Source: Elusimicrobiota bacterium
GTDB taxonomy: Bacteria; Elusimicrobiota; Elusimicrobia; Elusimicrobiales; UBA9959
Direction of reading: 5' to 3'
Assembly: GCA_027340875.1 (NCBI GenBank)
Contig: DAIENX010000041.1
Span: forward strand, 1 to 53,273
Length of the DNA: 53,273 nucleotides
A program made the position numbers and the translations under genes. Under the pieces are notes generated by a model that saw only the letters and a list, made by a program, of their open reading frames with translations, ran no database searches and had not been told where the DNA came from. Position 1 is the stretch's first letter; every line of letters starts with the position of its first letter. This document shows, in pieces, positions 20,002 to 29,372 of the stretch.

Positions 20002-20916
20002 CTATTTCCGGCTGTACCGGCCGCCCTTCATAGTATCGAAATAGGCCACGTCCGCCTTGGTCAGGAAACGCGGCGTAAGCCTGAGCGCGGTCATGCAGTC
20101 GAGGATATAGAAGAGCGCCGTGAGCACCTCGTTCTCCGCGGGACCGCATCTTCCTTCCAGCTCCGCGGGACCGCAGTAAAGCGCCTGGTCCGGGGAAAGC
20201 ACGTGGTCCAGCATGAAACTGGCGCCGTATCGGGCCAGCCTGCCGGCGTTGTACCGCGAGAGACCCGAGGCCGGGGCGGGGACCGGATATGCAGGCAGCG
20301 ACAGGCCGCGGCGGATGGTCTCGTTGACTTTTTCGTTGAGCTCCAGCGCCCCGTCGATGCCGGAGTGGGCTACGGCGAGGCCGTGGTTCGCCAGGAAGAA
20401 CACCTGGGGCCCCGAAGACCTTGCCCGGTCGTTTATAGCCGAGCAGAGCTGGGGTCCAGGGGAGCGGTACGGGACGAACTCGGCGGAAGGGAAGAGCTCG
20501 CGGCCGAGTCGGTGCCCCTCCTCGCACATGTTCAGGATGTTGGCGTAGACGGAATGGGTATGTATCACTACTGTGCTGAGCAGAGAGTGGAACCCGGTCT
20601 CTATGGAGGGCCGGGCGGACGGCAGCCCCTTCACGGGGAGCGCCTGCGCGCAGATATAGTCGGAGAACTCGTTCTCGCCCCCGGGACCGGAAGAGATCCG
20701 TCGTCTGATGTTCCCGTAGTTCACCAGCGCCCAGCCCGAGCGCGGGGTCAGGTCCTTCAGCTGGGAGCCGGACGCTTTTATCAGCATCCTCTCGGCTCCT
20801 ATCTTGATGGAGACGTTGCCGCCTCCGCCCTGAGTAAGGTCGGGACGCGAGCCGGCCGCGCGGGCGGCGCGGGCCAGCAGTTCGGGAGCTTTGTCCAGTT
20901 CCGGATCGAAAGGCAT
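20002..20916 (-). CDS. class II aldolase/adducin-family protein
   Basis: GGGGNVSIK, IKASG, RPSIET.FH, IHTHS, LANHG. Confidence 0.82.
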   Translation of the reverse strand: MPFDPELDKAPELLARAARAAGSRPDLTQGGGGNVSIKIGAERMLIKASGSQLKDLTPRSGWALVNYGNIRRRISSGPGGENEFSDYICAQALPVKGLPSARPSIETGFHSLLSTVVIHTHSVYANILNMCEEGHRLGRELFPSAEFVPYRSPGPQLCSAINDRARSSGPQVFFLANHGLAVAHSGIDGALELNEKVNETIRRGLSLPAYPVPAPASGLSRYNAGRLARYGASFMLDHVLSPDQALYCGPAELEGRCGPAENEVLTALFYILDCMTALRLTPRFLTKADVAYFDTMKGGRYSRK

Positions 20917-21821
20917 TATTTCTTGGCCCTGGGATGCGCCTTGTCGTAGACCTCTTTCAAGCGCTCGAGAGAGACGTGCGTATATATCTCGGTGGTCTGC
21001 AGGTTCTTATGTCCGAGCATCTCCTGCACGGACTTCAGGTCGCAGCCGTTGTCCAACAGGTGCGTTGCGAAAGAGTGGCGCACCGAGTGCGGGTTGACCG
21101 GGCGGGCGAAGCGGGCGCGCTTGGCCATCTTCCTGAAGATCAGCGCTATGCCGGCGCCTGTCAGCCTGCCGCCTTTGTGATTGAGGAACAGCGGCATGCC
21201 GTTGCCCAGCGGCTTAGGCCTGGAGTCGAGATATTCCCTGACCGCGGCAAGCGCTTTATCCCCCACCGGCACGAGGCGCTCCCTCGAGCCCTTGCCCATC
21301 ACCCTGGCAAAGCCGGAATAAAGGTCGAGGTCGCCCACGTTCAGCCCGGAGGCCTCGGAGCGCCGCAGGCCGCCGGAATAGACCAGCTCGAAAAGGGCGA
21401 AATCGCGCTGGGCGAAGTAATAGTCCTTCTCCCTGGCGTTCACCTCCTCGGGCCTGTTGTAGTCCTGCAGCTTGCCGATCTCGCCCTCGGTGAGGAAACG
21501 CGGCAGGCGCTTCTCCCTCTTCGGTATGGTTATCAGGTCGAAAGGGTCGGTATCCATGGCCCCGGTCTCCCTGAGGTAGCTTACGAAAGAGCGCACCGCC
21601 GATATCTTGCGCAGCAGCGTGCTGCGGGAGACCTTCCGGCCCCCGAGAGCGGCTATGTAGCCTCGCATCAGCATGCGGTCCAGACCCGCCGGGGAAGACG
21701 CTTTTCCCGCGGCGTAGGCGAGGAACTCCGTCAGGTCGGTCTGGTAGGCCTTGATGGTATTGCGGGAGAAATTGCGCTGCGCCCTCAGGTGCAGCAGGAA
21801 CTGTTCCGCCAGCAGTTTCAT
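20916..21821 (-). CDS. xerC: tyrosine recombinase XerC/D
   Basis: SRNTIKAY, KREKRLP, GGLRRSE, GKGSRERLVP, HSVRHSFATHLL, LGH, TTEIYTH. Confidence 0.85.
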   Translation of the reverse strand: MKLLAEQFLLHLRAQRNFSRNTIKAYQTDLTEFLAYAAGKASSPAGLDRMLMRGYIAALGGRKVSRSTLLRKISAVRSFVSYLRETGAMDTDPFDLITIPKREKRLPRFLTEGEIGKLQDYNRPEEVNAREKDYYFAQRDFALFELVYSGGLRRSEASGLNVGDLDLYSGFARVMGKGSRERLVPVGDKALAAVREYLDSRPKPLGNGMPLFLNHKGGRLTGAGIALIFRKMAKRARFARPVNPHSVRHSFATHLLDNGCDLKSVQEMLGHKNLQTTEIYTHVSLERLKEVYDKAHPRAKK

Positions 21822-21827
21822 CAGTAG

Positions 21828-21855
21828 ATTCTAGCATTTACGCCGGCGCCGTCAG
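21828..21855 (-). promoter_or_regulatory. probable leaderless promoter of xerC (CTGACG-N16-TAGAAT, TGc extension)
   Basis: The -10 ends 6 nt before the ATG; no Shine-Dalgarno. Confidence 0.55.
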
Positions 21856-21864
21856 GGGGGCGGC

Positions 21865-24126
21865 TCAGGCGCGCCCGACGAGCCTTTCGTCGGCGAGCGG
21901 CAGGGTGAAGTAGAAGGTGGTCCCCTTGCCCTGTTCGCTTTCGGCCCAGATCCTGCCCTTGTGCATGGCCACGAACTCCTTCACTATCGACAGTCCCAGG
22001 CCAACTCCCTCGCGCTTGCCCCCGTCCTCGAGCTGCACGAACCTCTCGAAGATCCGGTCCAGGTCCTTCTTGGAGATGCCGGGGCCGTTGTCACGCACCC
22101 CTATCATAGCGCAGGGCTCCGGCATGGCCGCCCTGGCGGCCGCCACGACGATGCTGCCGCCGGAAGGCGTGGACTTTATCGCGTTGGAGATAAGGTTGCT
22201 GAGCACCTGCACTATCCGCGGGTGGTCGGCCAGCACCGGGACATCCTGGGCGGAGGTCTTCAGCGTGAGCTTTATGCCTTTGGTCTTCGCCCAGGGCAAC
22301 AGGCCGTCCACGCCCTCGTTGAGCATGGGTCCCAGCATGCAGGGCTCCGGATGCACCGGCATCTTTCCCGACTGCAGCTTGGAGAAATCCAGTATCCCCC
22401 TTATCATCTCGCTGAGCCGCTGGCTGTTGCGTATGCTTATGGCCAGGAAGTTGTTCTCGTCGCCGTCCAGCTTGGCGCCGGCGGTATCGCTGAGCATCTC
22501 GAGGGCGGAGCTTATCGAGGAGAGCGGCGATTGGAGGTCGTGGGTAACGCGCGACAGGAATTCGTCCTGCAGGCGCTGCGCGTCGCGGTATTTGGTCACC
22601 TCGGGCAGCGTCATATAGGCGCCGACGACCCGCCCCTGGTCGTCCTGCAGCAGCGCCATCGAGCGCCGCATGGCCCCCCTGACGCCCTCGTCGCCGACGT
22701 CGCTCACCTCGCCGGTGGGAGCTTTTCCCGAAGAAAGGTCCATGTCCTTGGAAAGCGTCAGTATGTGTTCCGCCGGGTTCAGGTGCTCGCTGATGTGCTT
22801 GCCCACCACCTCGAACAGCTTCCGGCCGGACATCTCCTCGGCGGCGGTGTTCATCATCAGTATCTTGCCGTCCTTGTCGACGATGACCTTGCCTTCGGCC
22901 ACATGGGCAAGCACCTGCTCGGTGCGGGTGCGCGTATCCAGGATCTGCTTCTTCTCGGCGGCCAGCTCGCTCGTGGCCTTGGCGATCTGCCGCCCCATGC
23001 TCTCCTTTATGGTCCTGAGGGCATCCTCGTACATCTTGACCCTGTCATTAGGGTCCTTGATAGCTGAATCTATAAGCCTGGTCAGCAGCTCGCCAAGACC
23101 TCCGCCCTTTCCCTCCCCGGCCCCCTCGAAGCCTCCGCTCCCGTCGCCGCTGCCTGTCCCGGTACCCGTGCCTGTACCTCCGCCGGAGCCGGCACCAGAG
23201 CCGCTCCCTGTCCCGCTACCGGCGCCTCCTCCTGCGCCGGGACCTGAGCCTGTACCGGAGCCGGCACCGGTGCCCTGGCCTCCGCCCGCTGCGCCGCCCC
23301 TGCCCGCGGCCGGATCCGGGACTGCTGCCTTGCCACCGGTACCGGCTCCGGCTGCAGCGACCGCACCCGCCGCCGCTTTAGCGGCTCCGGCCTGCCCGCC
23401 GCTAGCCTTCGAAGCTGCGGCCGGCGGCTGAGCGCCCTTGCGCGGGAACATTTCAGGGGAAAGCGGCTCTGGCGCAGGCTCGAAGCGCGGACCAGGACGA
23501 TAGGAGGCCGACGGCCGGGGCGTCAACTCCGGGGCGGGACTTACCGCCTCCGGCCGTGGCCTAACTTCTTTCCGGGTCTCTCCCGTCCGGGACCCGGTTT
23601 CAGGGGCCGCCATCCGCCCCGTATCCCTCACATAGCGTGATTCTTCCTGGCGTATGTCCGTAACGCCGTTGCTCTTCAGGAAGGCCCCCAGCGAGGGTCC
23701 CTGCTGGCCGCGCGCACCGGCCCCGAGGAACCCGCAGAGCACGGCGAGCTCTGACACCCTCACCCCGGGATCGAAAACGATGCCGTTGATGTAATGCGCC
23801 TTGAACAGCTGCGCCAGATTGGCGGCCTCCAGACCGGTAGCCTGCACCGGTCTGCCGCTGAAGATCCAGGCGTCGTTCTGATAAGATACCGTGAGCGGTC
23901 CGCCGCCGGTGGAATCGATGACCTCGCCGAGGGCCGCATAGGCGCGTCCGAGGGACTGCGTGACCAGAGGATGGGTCATGGTATAGAGCGCGGCGCTCTT
24001 CGCGGTGCGGGAAAGCGCCGCCAGGAACTCGGAGCAGAGCTCCGGGTAGGAGATACCGTACTTGGTCCGGGCCTCGTCGTTCCCGGCCCCGGCAGCTCCC
24101 GTGTAGTCCTGGTCCAGAGGGCTCAT
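21865..24126 (-). CDS. soluble PAS sensor histidine kinase with Pro/Gly-rich linker
   Basis: PAS (EGKVIVDKDGKILMMN), H-box VTHDLQSPL, NLISNAIK, DNGPGI, GLGLSI; no TM segment. Confidence 0.9.
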   Translation of the reverse strand: MSPLDQDYTGAAGAGNDEARTKYGISYPELCSEFLAALSRTAKSAALYTMTHPLVTQSLGRAYAALGEVIDSTGGGPLTVSYQNDAWIFSGRPVQATGLEAANLAQLFKAHYINGIVFDPGVRVSELAVLCGFLGAGARGQQGPSLGAFLKSNGVTDIRQEESRYVRDTGRMAAPETGSRTGETRKEVRPRPEAVSPAPELTPRPSASYRPGPRFEPAPEPLSPEMFPRKGAQPPAAASKASGGQAGAAKAAAGAVAAAGAGTGGKAAVPDPAAGRGGAAGGGQGTGAGSGTGSGPGAGGGAGSGTGSGSGAGSGGGTGTGTGTGSGDGSGGFEGAGEGKGGGLGELLTRLIDSAIKDPNDRVKMYEDALRTIKESMGRQIAKATSELAAEKKQILDTRTRTEQVLAHVAEGKVIVDKDGKILMMNTAAEEMSGRKLFEVVGKHISEHLNPAEHILTLSKDMDLSSGKAPTGEVSDVGDEGVRGAMRRSMALLQDDQGRVVGAYMTLPEVTKYRDAQRLQDEFLSRVTHDLQSPLSSISSALEMLSDTAGAKLDGDENNFLAISIRNSQRLSEMIRGILDFSKLQSGKMPVHPEPCMLGPMLNEGVDGLLPWAKTKGIKLTLKTSAQDVPVLADHPRIVQVLSNLISNAIKSTPSGGSIVVAAARAAMPEPCAMIGVRDNGPGISKKDLDRIFERFVQLEDGGKREGVGLGLSIVKEFVAMHKGRIWAESEQGKGTTFYFTLPLADERLVGRA

Positions 24127-24131
24127 AACTA

Positions 24132-26231
24132 TCACCCCATCATTATCTTCAGCGCTTCCGTCATGGAGGTGACTCCGCCTGCCACGGCGGCCAGCGCCGC
24201 CTGCCTTAACGTGGTCATCCCTTCCTGCGCGGCCAGGTCGCTCAGCTGGTCCACGTTGAAGCTGGTGGTTATCAACTGCCTCATGGCGGAACTCTCGACC
24301 GGCATCACCTCGAAAAGGGCCCTGCGCCCGGTATAGCCGCTGTGCTGGCAGCTGGCGCAGCCCGGGGCGTGGTAGACGGTCTTTAGCAGCGCGCGCTCCT
24401 CCCCGGTAAGGAAACGGGCGTCATCCTCGGAAAGCTTGGTCGGGCGCTTGCAGCGCGGGCACAGGGTGCGCACTAGGCGCTGCGCTATCACCATCTTCAC
24501 GCTGGCCGCTACCAGGAACGGCGCCACGCCCATATGCGTCAGGCGCACCACCGTCGCCGGGGCGTTGTTGGTATGCAGCGTGGAGAAGACCAGGTGGCCG
24601 GTGATGGACGCCTTTATGGCTATCTCGGCCGTCTCTAGGTCGCGGATCTCGCCGACGAGCATTATATCCGGGTCCTGGCGCAGGAAGGCCCTCAGCGTGG
24701 ACTCGAAGGTGAGGCCCACCGCCGGCATGATCTTCACCTGATTGACGTTCGGCACCTCGTATTCTACCGGGTCCTCGGCCGTCATGATGTTGACGTCCGG
24801 CTTGTTCAGGTAATTTATCATCGTATAGAGGGTAGTGGTCTTGCCGCTGCCGGTGGGGCCGGTGACCAATATGAGCCCGTGGGGGCTCTTCAGCGCGGCC
24901 TCCACGCAGCCGAGCTCTCTTGGCGTCAGCGCGAGCTTGGCCAGATCGGAGTTCAGCTTGCTCTGTCCCAGAACGCGCATGACTATCTTCTCTCCCTTGA
25001 TGCAGGGCAGCGTGCTGACGCGGAACTCTATCCTGTTGCCCTTGATATTGACCCTGAACTGTCCGTCCTGGGGTATGCGCCTCTCCGTTATCACCAGGTT
25101 GCTCATGATCTTGATGCGGGCGGTAACGCGGGGGTGGATGGCTATGGGCAGCGTGGTCAGTTGCCGCAGCACGCCGTCCACCCTTACGCGCACCGAGACC
25201 TTGTTCTCCTGCGGCTCCATGTGAATATCGGAGGCCCTGAGTTCCACCGCCTTCACCAGGATCTTATTGACCATCTGTATCAGGGGAGAATCCTTCTCGA
25301 TGGCCTCTATCCCGGCCATCTGCTGGTCCTCGGCCTTCCGCTCCGCTTCGCTGTCTATGACCTCTATCTCGTGGGTATCCTCGGCCGTGAATACCTGGTC
25401 CATCTCCGGGACCTCCTCCACGGCCTCTTCCTCCGGCTCGGGAAGGATCTCCGGCTCCGCGGCGGGGACAGTCGCGGGAGGGATCTCCGGCTCCGCGGCG
25501 GGAGCCGGCTCCGGCAGTGATATCGGTTCGCGCGGCAGCTCCACCTGCGCCTGGGCCGTCTCCTGCGGCCGCGCGACCGGATGACGGGCCTGCTCTTCCT
25601 GCATTTCGAAACGCTCTATCTCCAGGTCCACCATCGACGAAGGAGTGGGCTCCAGCGGCTCTTCTGGCTGGACGGGTTTCGGCGGCGGCGCCGGTGGCCG
25701 CTCCGGGGCGGGCTTCTGCAGCATGCCCAGCGCCTTCTTAACGCTCTCCAGCAGCTTGGCGTTAGGGACCGGCTTCTCGAGGAAATCGGAGATATCCATG
25801 TTCAGCGTCTTGAGATGCTGCCTGTTGGACGCCCCGGTGAACATGATGATGCGCATATTGCGCAGCTCGTAGTTGCTGCGCACCTCCTGGATAAGCTCGT
25901 AGCCGTTCATCTTGGGCATGTTGAAATCCACCAGCGCCAGGTCCGGCGGGGCCTTCGTGATGATGCCGAGCGCCTCGCTCCCGTCCACGGCCTCTACCAC
26001 GTTGAAGTGGTGGACGGTAAGCAGGTGCCTTACTATGTCCCTGTAATCCTTATTGTCGTCTACTACCAGGATGGTGTAGGTTTTGAGCAGGGGCTTCTGC
26101 GGCTCTTTCCCGCGCGAGGGAGAAGCCGCCGCGGGAGGCGGCGCAGCCTTTGAGGCTCTCGCGCCCGCCGGCTGTTCGCCGAACATGGCGTCCAGTTCGA
26201 GGTGCAACACTCCCGCGTCGGACTTTTCCAT
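24132..26231 (-). CDS. receiver domain fused to a GspE/PilB secretion ATPase
   Basis: REC: ILVVDD, VDFNMP, FTG, EKP. ATPase: ASDIH, GPTGSGKTT, EDPVE, RQDPD, GEIRD, GHLVFSTLH, CPRC/CASC. Confidence 0.92.
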   Translation of the reverse strand: MEKSDAGVLHLELDAMFGEQPAGARASKAAPPPAAASPSRGKEPQKPLLKTYTILVVDDNKDYRDIVRHLLTVHHFNVVEAVDGSEALGIITKAPPDLALVDFNMPKMNGYELIQEVRSNYELRNMRIIMFTGASNRQHLKTLNMDISDFLEKPVPNAKLLESVKKALGMLQKPAPERPPAPPPKPVQPEEPLEPTPSSMVDLEIERFEMQEEQARHPVARPQETAQAQVELPREPISLPEPAPAAEPEIPPATVPAAEPEILPEPEEEAVEEVPEMDQVFTAEDTHEIEVIDSEAERKAEDQQMAGIEAIEKDSPLIQMVNKILVKAVELRASDIHMEPQENKVSVRVRVDGVLRQLTTLPIAIHPRVTARIKIMSNLVITERRIPQDGQFRVNIKGNRIEFRVSTLPCIKGEKIVMRVLGQSKLNSDLAKLALTPRELGCVEAALKSPHGLILVTGPTGSGKTTTLYTMINYLNKPDVNIMTAEDPVEYEVPNVNQVKIMPAVGLTFESTLRAFLRQDPDIMLVGEIRDLETAEIAIKASITGHLVFSTLHTNNAPATVVRLTHMGVAPFLVAASVKMVIAQRLVRTLCPRCKRPTKLSEDDARFLTGEERALLKTVYHAPGCASCQHSGYTGRRALFEVMPVESSAMRQLITTSFNVDQLSDLAAQEGMTTLRQAALAAVAGGVTSMTEALKIMMG

Positions 26232-26287
26232 AGCATATCACCCGCCCCTCTGTATGCCGAAAGTCTCCTGCTGCACTGCTTAGCCAT

Positions 26288-26316
26288 AGTATATCCGCGG
26301 GAAGCGCCGTTTACAA
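26288..26316 (-). promoter_or_regulatory. promoter TTGTAA-N17-TATACT for the REC-PilB and kinase pair
   Basis: Plus strand ttacaa at 26311-26316 and agtata at 26288-26293. Confidence 0.55.
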
Positions 26317-26354
26317 TTGGCGGATTCCCCTTTCTACTGACTTTTTTCGTCTTT

Positions 26355-27074
26355 TCAGCGCTTTCGGGGGCGAAGGCCGCGGTAGCGGGAGGGAGTGGTC
26401 CTGACTATGCGCTCGAACTGGCGGATGAAAGATTCGGTATTGGCGTAGCCGAGCCTGGCGGAAATCTGCTTCAGCGTCAGGCCGGACGTCTTGAGCATCT
26501 TCCTGGCCTGGTCCATCTTGACCTTCAGCTTGTACTCGTTGAAGCCCATGCCGGTGCGCTCGCGGAACACCTTGCTCAGGTACTTGGGAGTAAGGAGCAC
26601 GGCTTCGGCGGCGTCGCTGAGAGTGATCTTCTTGAAGCAGTTGCCCTCGATAAACCCCCGGACGTGCTCTATCTTGGCGTCCATACCCATGTCTTCCGGG
26701 CGCGAGAGGCCGCCGGCCCGCGCCAGTTCCTTCTCTATCACCGCGCGCGCGTCCTTGATGCCGAAGGGCTTTTCCAGATAGTTGTCGGCCTTGGCGGCCA
26801 GGGCGTGAACGGCTATGTCCTTGGTGCTGAACCCGGTCATGATGATGACCGGCTTCCCCGGGGAAAGGTCCTTGATGCGCTCCAGCGCCTTCAACCCGTC
26901 CATGCCCGGCAGGTAGACGTCCATGATGACCAGCGAGAACGAGTCCGGCCTGCGCAGCATGGCGAGGGCCTCTTCGGCGCTGGCGGCGGCCGTGACCTCG
27001 TACTCCGGGAACCAGAGCGGGAAGTCCGCGCGCAGGTCCCGGTTATCATCCACGAACAGTATCTTTGGACGCAT
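26355..27074 (-). CDS. response regulator with AraC-type HTH
   Basis: ILFVDD, MDVYLPGMDG, EKPF; YLSKVFRERTG, ISARLGY..TESFIRQF, TPSRYR. Confidence 0.9.
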   Translation of the reverse strand: MRPKILFVDDNRDLRADFPLWFPEYEVTAAASAEEALAMLRRPDSFSLVIMDVYLPGMDGLKALERIKDLSPGKPVIIMTGFSTKDIAVHALAAKADNYLEKPFGIKDARAVIEKELARAGGLSRPEDMGMDAKIEHVRGFIEGNCFKKITLSDAAEAVLLTPKYLSKVFRERTGMGFNEYKLKVKMDQARKMLKTSGLTLKQISARLGYANTESFIRQFERIVRTTPSRYRGLRPRKR

Positions 27075-27102
27075 TCCCCCCCCCAGCTCCTATTTTAGCA
27101 AG

Positions 27103-27131
27103 AAAAAAGCCCGGGAAGACCCGGGCTTTTT
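27103..27131 (-). terminator. intrinsic terminator after topA
   Basis: AAAAAAGCCCGGG-AAGA-CCCGGGCTTTTT. Confidence 0.85.
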
Positions 27132-27148
27132 CCGCTTACGCACCGGCT

Positions 27149-29299
27149 TCAGGACGGCTTGTTCCTGGAGTTGATCAGCTTCTCGACCTCCTCGGGGGTC
27201 GGCTGCTCGATGTTGCGGCACTTCGGGAAGCCGGAACAGGCCAGGAAGTAGCCGCGGGCGCTCTTGCGCAGCAGCATCGCGTTCTTATTGCACTTCGTGC
27301 AGATCTTCTCGCTCTTGATCGGCGCGAAATACTCCTGCTTGTTGCCTTCCTTATCCAGCGGGATCTTCCCTTTGCACTTGGGGAAGCGCGAGCAGGACAG
27401 ATACTTGCCGAAGCGGCTCTCACGCTGGACCATCGGGGAGAGGCACAGCGGGCACTTCTCGTTGGTCTTGACCACGTTCGGACGGGAACGGGTCATTTCC
27501 TTCTCGGCGGTGGCCAGCTCCTCCGAGAACGGCCCGTAGAAGTCCTTCATGAACTTCACCCAGTCCACGGCGCCGTCGGCGATGTCGTCGAGCTTGTCCT
27601 CGATCGAGGCCGTGTAGGATATCTCCATGATCTCCTTGAAGTAGTCCTTCAGCTTCTCGGTCACGAGGGCGCCCAGCTCGGTGATCAGCAGCTTCCGGTC
27701 CTTCTCGCGGTTGATGTAGCCGCGGTCTATCACGTTCTTGATGATGACGGCGTATGTCGACGGGCGGCCGATGCCGTGCTTCTCGAGCGTCTTGATGATG
27801 CTGGCCTCGTTGTAGTTCGGCGGCGGGCTCGTGCGGTGGGACTTGGTGGAGACGTCCTTGAGCGTCACGACGTCTCCTTCCTTGAGCGGAGGCAGTATGC
27901 CGGACTCGTCGTCCTCGTCCCCGGCGACCTCCTGTTCCTTCTCCTCCATGTAGATCTTCAGGTAACCCTCGAACTTCACCGTGCGGCCGCTGGTGCGCAG
28001 CACCGCCCTGCCCTTATCGTCGGAGAACTCCACCGAGAGCGAGTCGAAGATCGCCTCCTCCATCTGGCTGGCCATGAAGCGGCGCCAGATCAGGTCGTAG
28101 AGCTTGGCCTGGTCCGGATTCAGGAACTCCTTTATCTCCTCGGGGCGCTTGTAGACGGACGTCGGGTGGATGGCCTCGTGGGCTTCCTGCGCGCCCTTCA
28201 CCTTCTTCAGGTAGACGGGCGGCTTGGCGGGGCAGAACTCCTTGCCGTAGGTCTCGACTATGAACTTGGCGGTCTCCTTCTGCATCTCGGCCGAGACGTT
28301 GAAGGAGTCCGTGCGCATGTAGGTGATCAGACCGGAGCGCTCGCCGCCCAGGTCCACGCCTTCGTAGAGGCTCTGCGCCACCTTCATCGTGCGGTCCGAC
28401 GAGAAGCCGAGCTTGTTGTAGGCGTCCTGCTGCAGCGTGCTGGTGATGAACGGCGGCTTGGGCTTCTGCCGTACGGCCTTGGCCTCCACCTTGCTGACCG
28501 TCAGCACGGAGTTGCGCAGGTGCGTCGCGGCCTCTACGGTGTCCTCGGTCTTCTTGAAGACCGAGGTCTTGTAGCGGTAATCCTCGGCGAAGAGCTTAAG
28601 CAGTATCGTCTGCTCCACGGCGGCGCCTTCCCAGCGCACCAGCTTCGAGTCGAAGTCCTTGGAGTCGCCCTTGGCGAGCTTGGCGTAAAGGGTGTAATAG
28701 TCCTCTTCCGTGAAGGCCTTTATCTCCTTGGCGCGCTCGGCTATGAGCCTCACGGTGACGGACTGCACGCGGCCGGCGGAAAGGCCGCTCTTTATCTTGC
28801 TCCACAGCAGCGGCGAGAGCTTGTAACCGACGATGCGGTCTATTATGCGGCGGCTCTGCTGCGCGTTGACCAGGGACATGTCCAGGTCGCGCGGCGTCTT
28901 GAGGGACTCCGCAATGGCGGACTTGGTGATCTCGTGGAAGCTGATGCGCTTGAAGCCTCCGTCGCTCTTTACCACCTGGCTCAGATGCCAGCTGATGGCC
29001 TCTCCCTCGCGGTCAGGGTCGGTGGCCAGGTAGACCACGTCCGCGTTCTTCGATATCGCGTTCAGCTCAGCGATGATCTTCTTGGCGCGCTCAACGAGCA
29101 CGTATTTGGGGGTGAACTCGCCGGAAGTGTCCACGCCCAGTTCGTCCTTGGGCAGGTCGCGCACATGTCCGAAGGAACTGCGCACCACGTAGCTCGAATC
29201 GAGGAAGCGGCTGATGGTCTTCTCCTTGGTCGGAGACTCGACTATCACCAGATGGCGCTTGCCGGAAGGTTTAGAAGGTTTTAAAGGTTTATCTGCCAT
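27149..29299 (-). CDS. topA: DNA topoisomerase I
   Basis: LVIVESP, ATDPDREGEAI, SAGRVQS, ITYMRTD, AQEAHEAI, GIGRPSTY, two C-terminal Zn ribbons. Confidence 0.98.
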   Translation of the reverse strand: MADKPLKPSKPSGKRHLVIVESPTKEKTISRFLDSSYVVRSSFGHVRDLPKDELGVDTSGEFTPKYVLVERAKKIIAELNAISKNADVVYLATDPDREGEAISWHLSQVVKSDGGFKRISFHEITKSAIAESLKTPRDLDMSLVNAQQSRRIIDRIVGYKLSPLLWSKIKSGLSAGRVQSVTVRLIAERAKEIKAFTEEDYYTLYAKLAKGDSKDFDSKLVRWEGAAVEQTILLKLFAEDYRYKTSVFKKTEDTVEAATHLRNSVLTVSKVEAKAVRQKPKPPFITSTLQQDAYNKLGFSSDRTMKVAQSLYEGVDLGGERSGLITYMRTDSFNVSAEMQKETAKFIVETYGKEFCPAKPPVYLKKVKGAQEAHEAIHPTSVYKRPEEIKEFLNPDQAKLYDLIWRRFMASQMEEAIFDSLSVEFSDDKGRAVLRTSGRTVKFEGYLKIYMEEKEQEVAGDEDDESGILPPLKEGDVVTLKDVSTKSHRTSPPPNYNEASIIKTLEKHGIGRPSTYAVIIKNVIDRGYINREKDRKLLITELGALVTEKLKDYFKEIMEISYTASIEDKLDDIADGAVDWVKFMKDFYGPFSEELATAEKEMTRSRPNVVKTNEKCPLCLSPMVQRESRFGKYLSCSRFPKCKGKIPLDKEGNKQEYFAPIKSEKICTKCNKNAMLLRKSARGYFLACSGFPKCRNIEQPTPEEVEKLINSRNKPS

Positions 29300-29372
29300 A
29301 AATTTAGATATCTATAATATTATATTTTTCCCTATGAGCGCAAAACCGGCAGGGGCTCCCCCCCGTAGAGGG

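Noticed and set aside
20916..21821. Tyrosine recombinase as a mobile-element integrase
   Set aside because: Size, motifs, host-like GC and position near topA/dprA fit chromosomal XerC; no att sites or cargo.
27065..29284. 739-aa plus-strand ORF
   Set aside because: Antisense shadow of topA caused by high-GC codon bias; no motifs.
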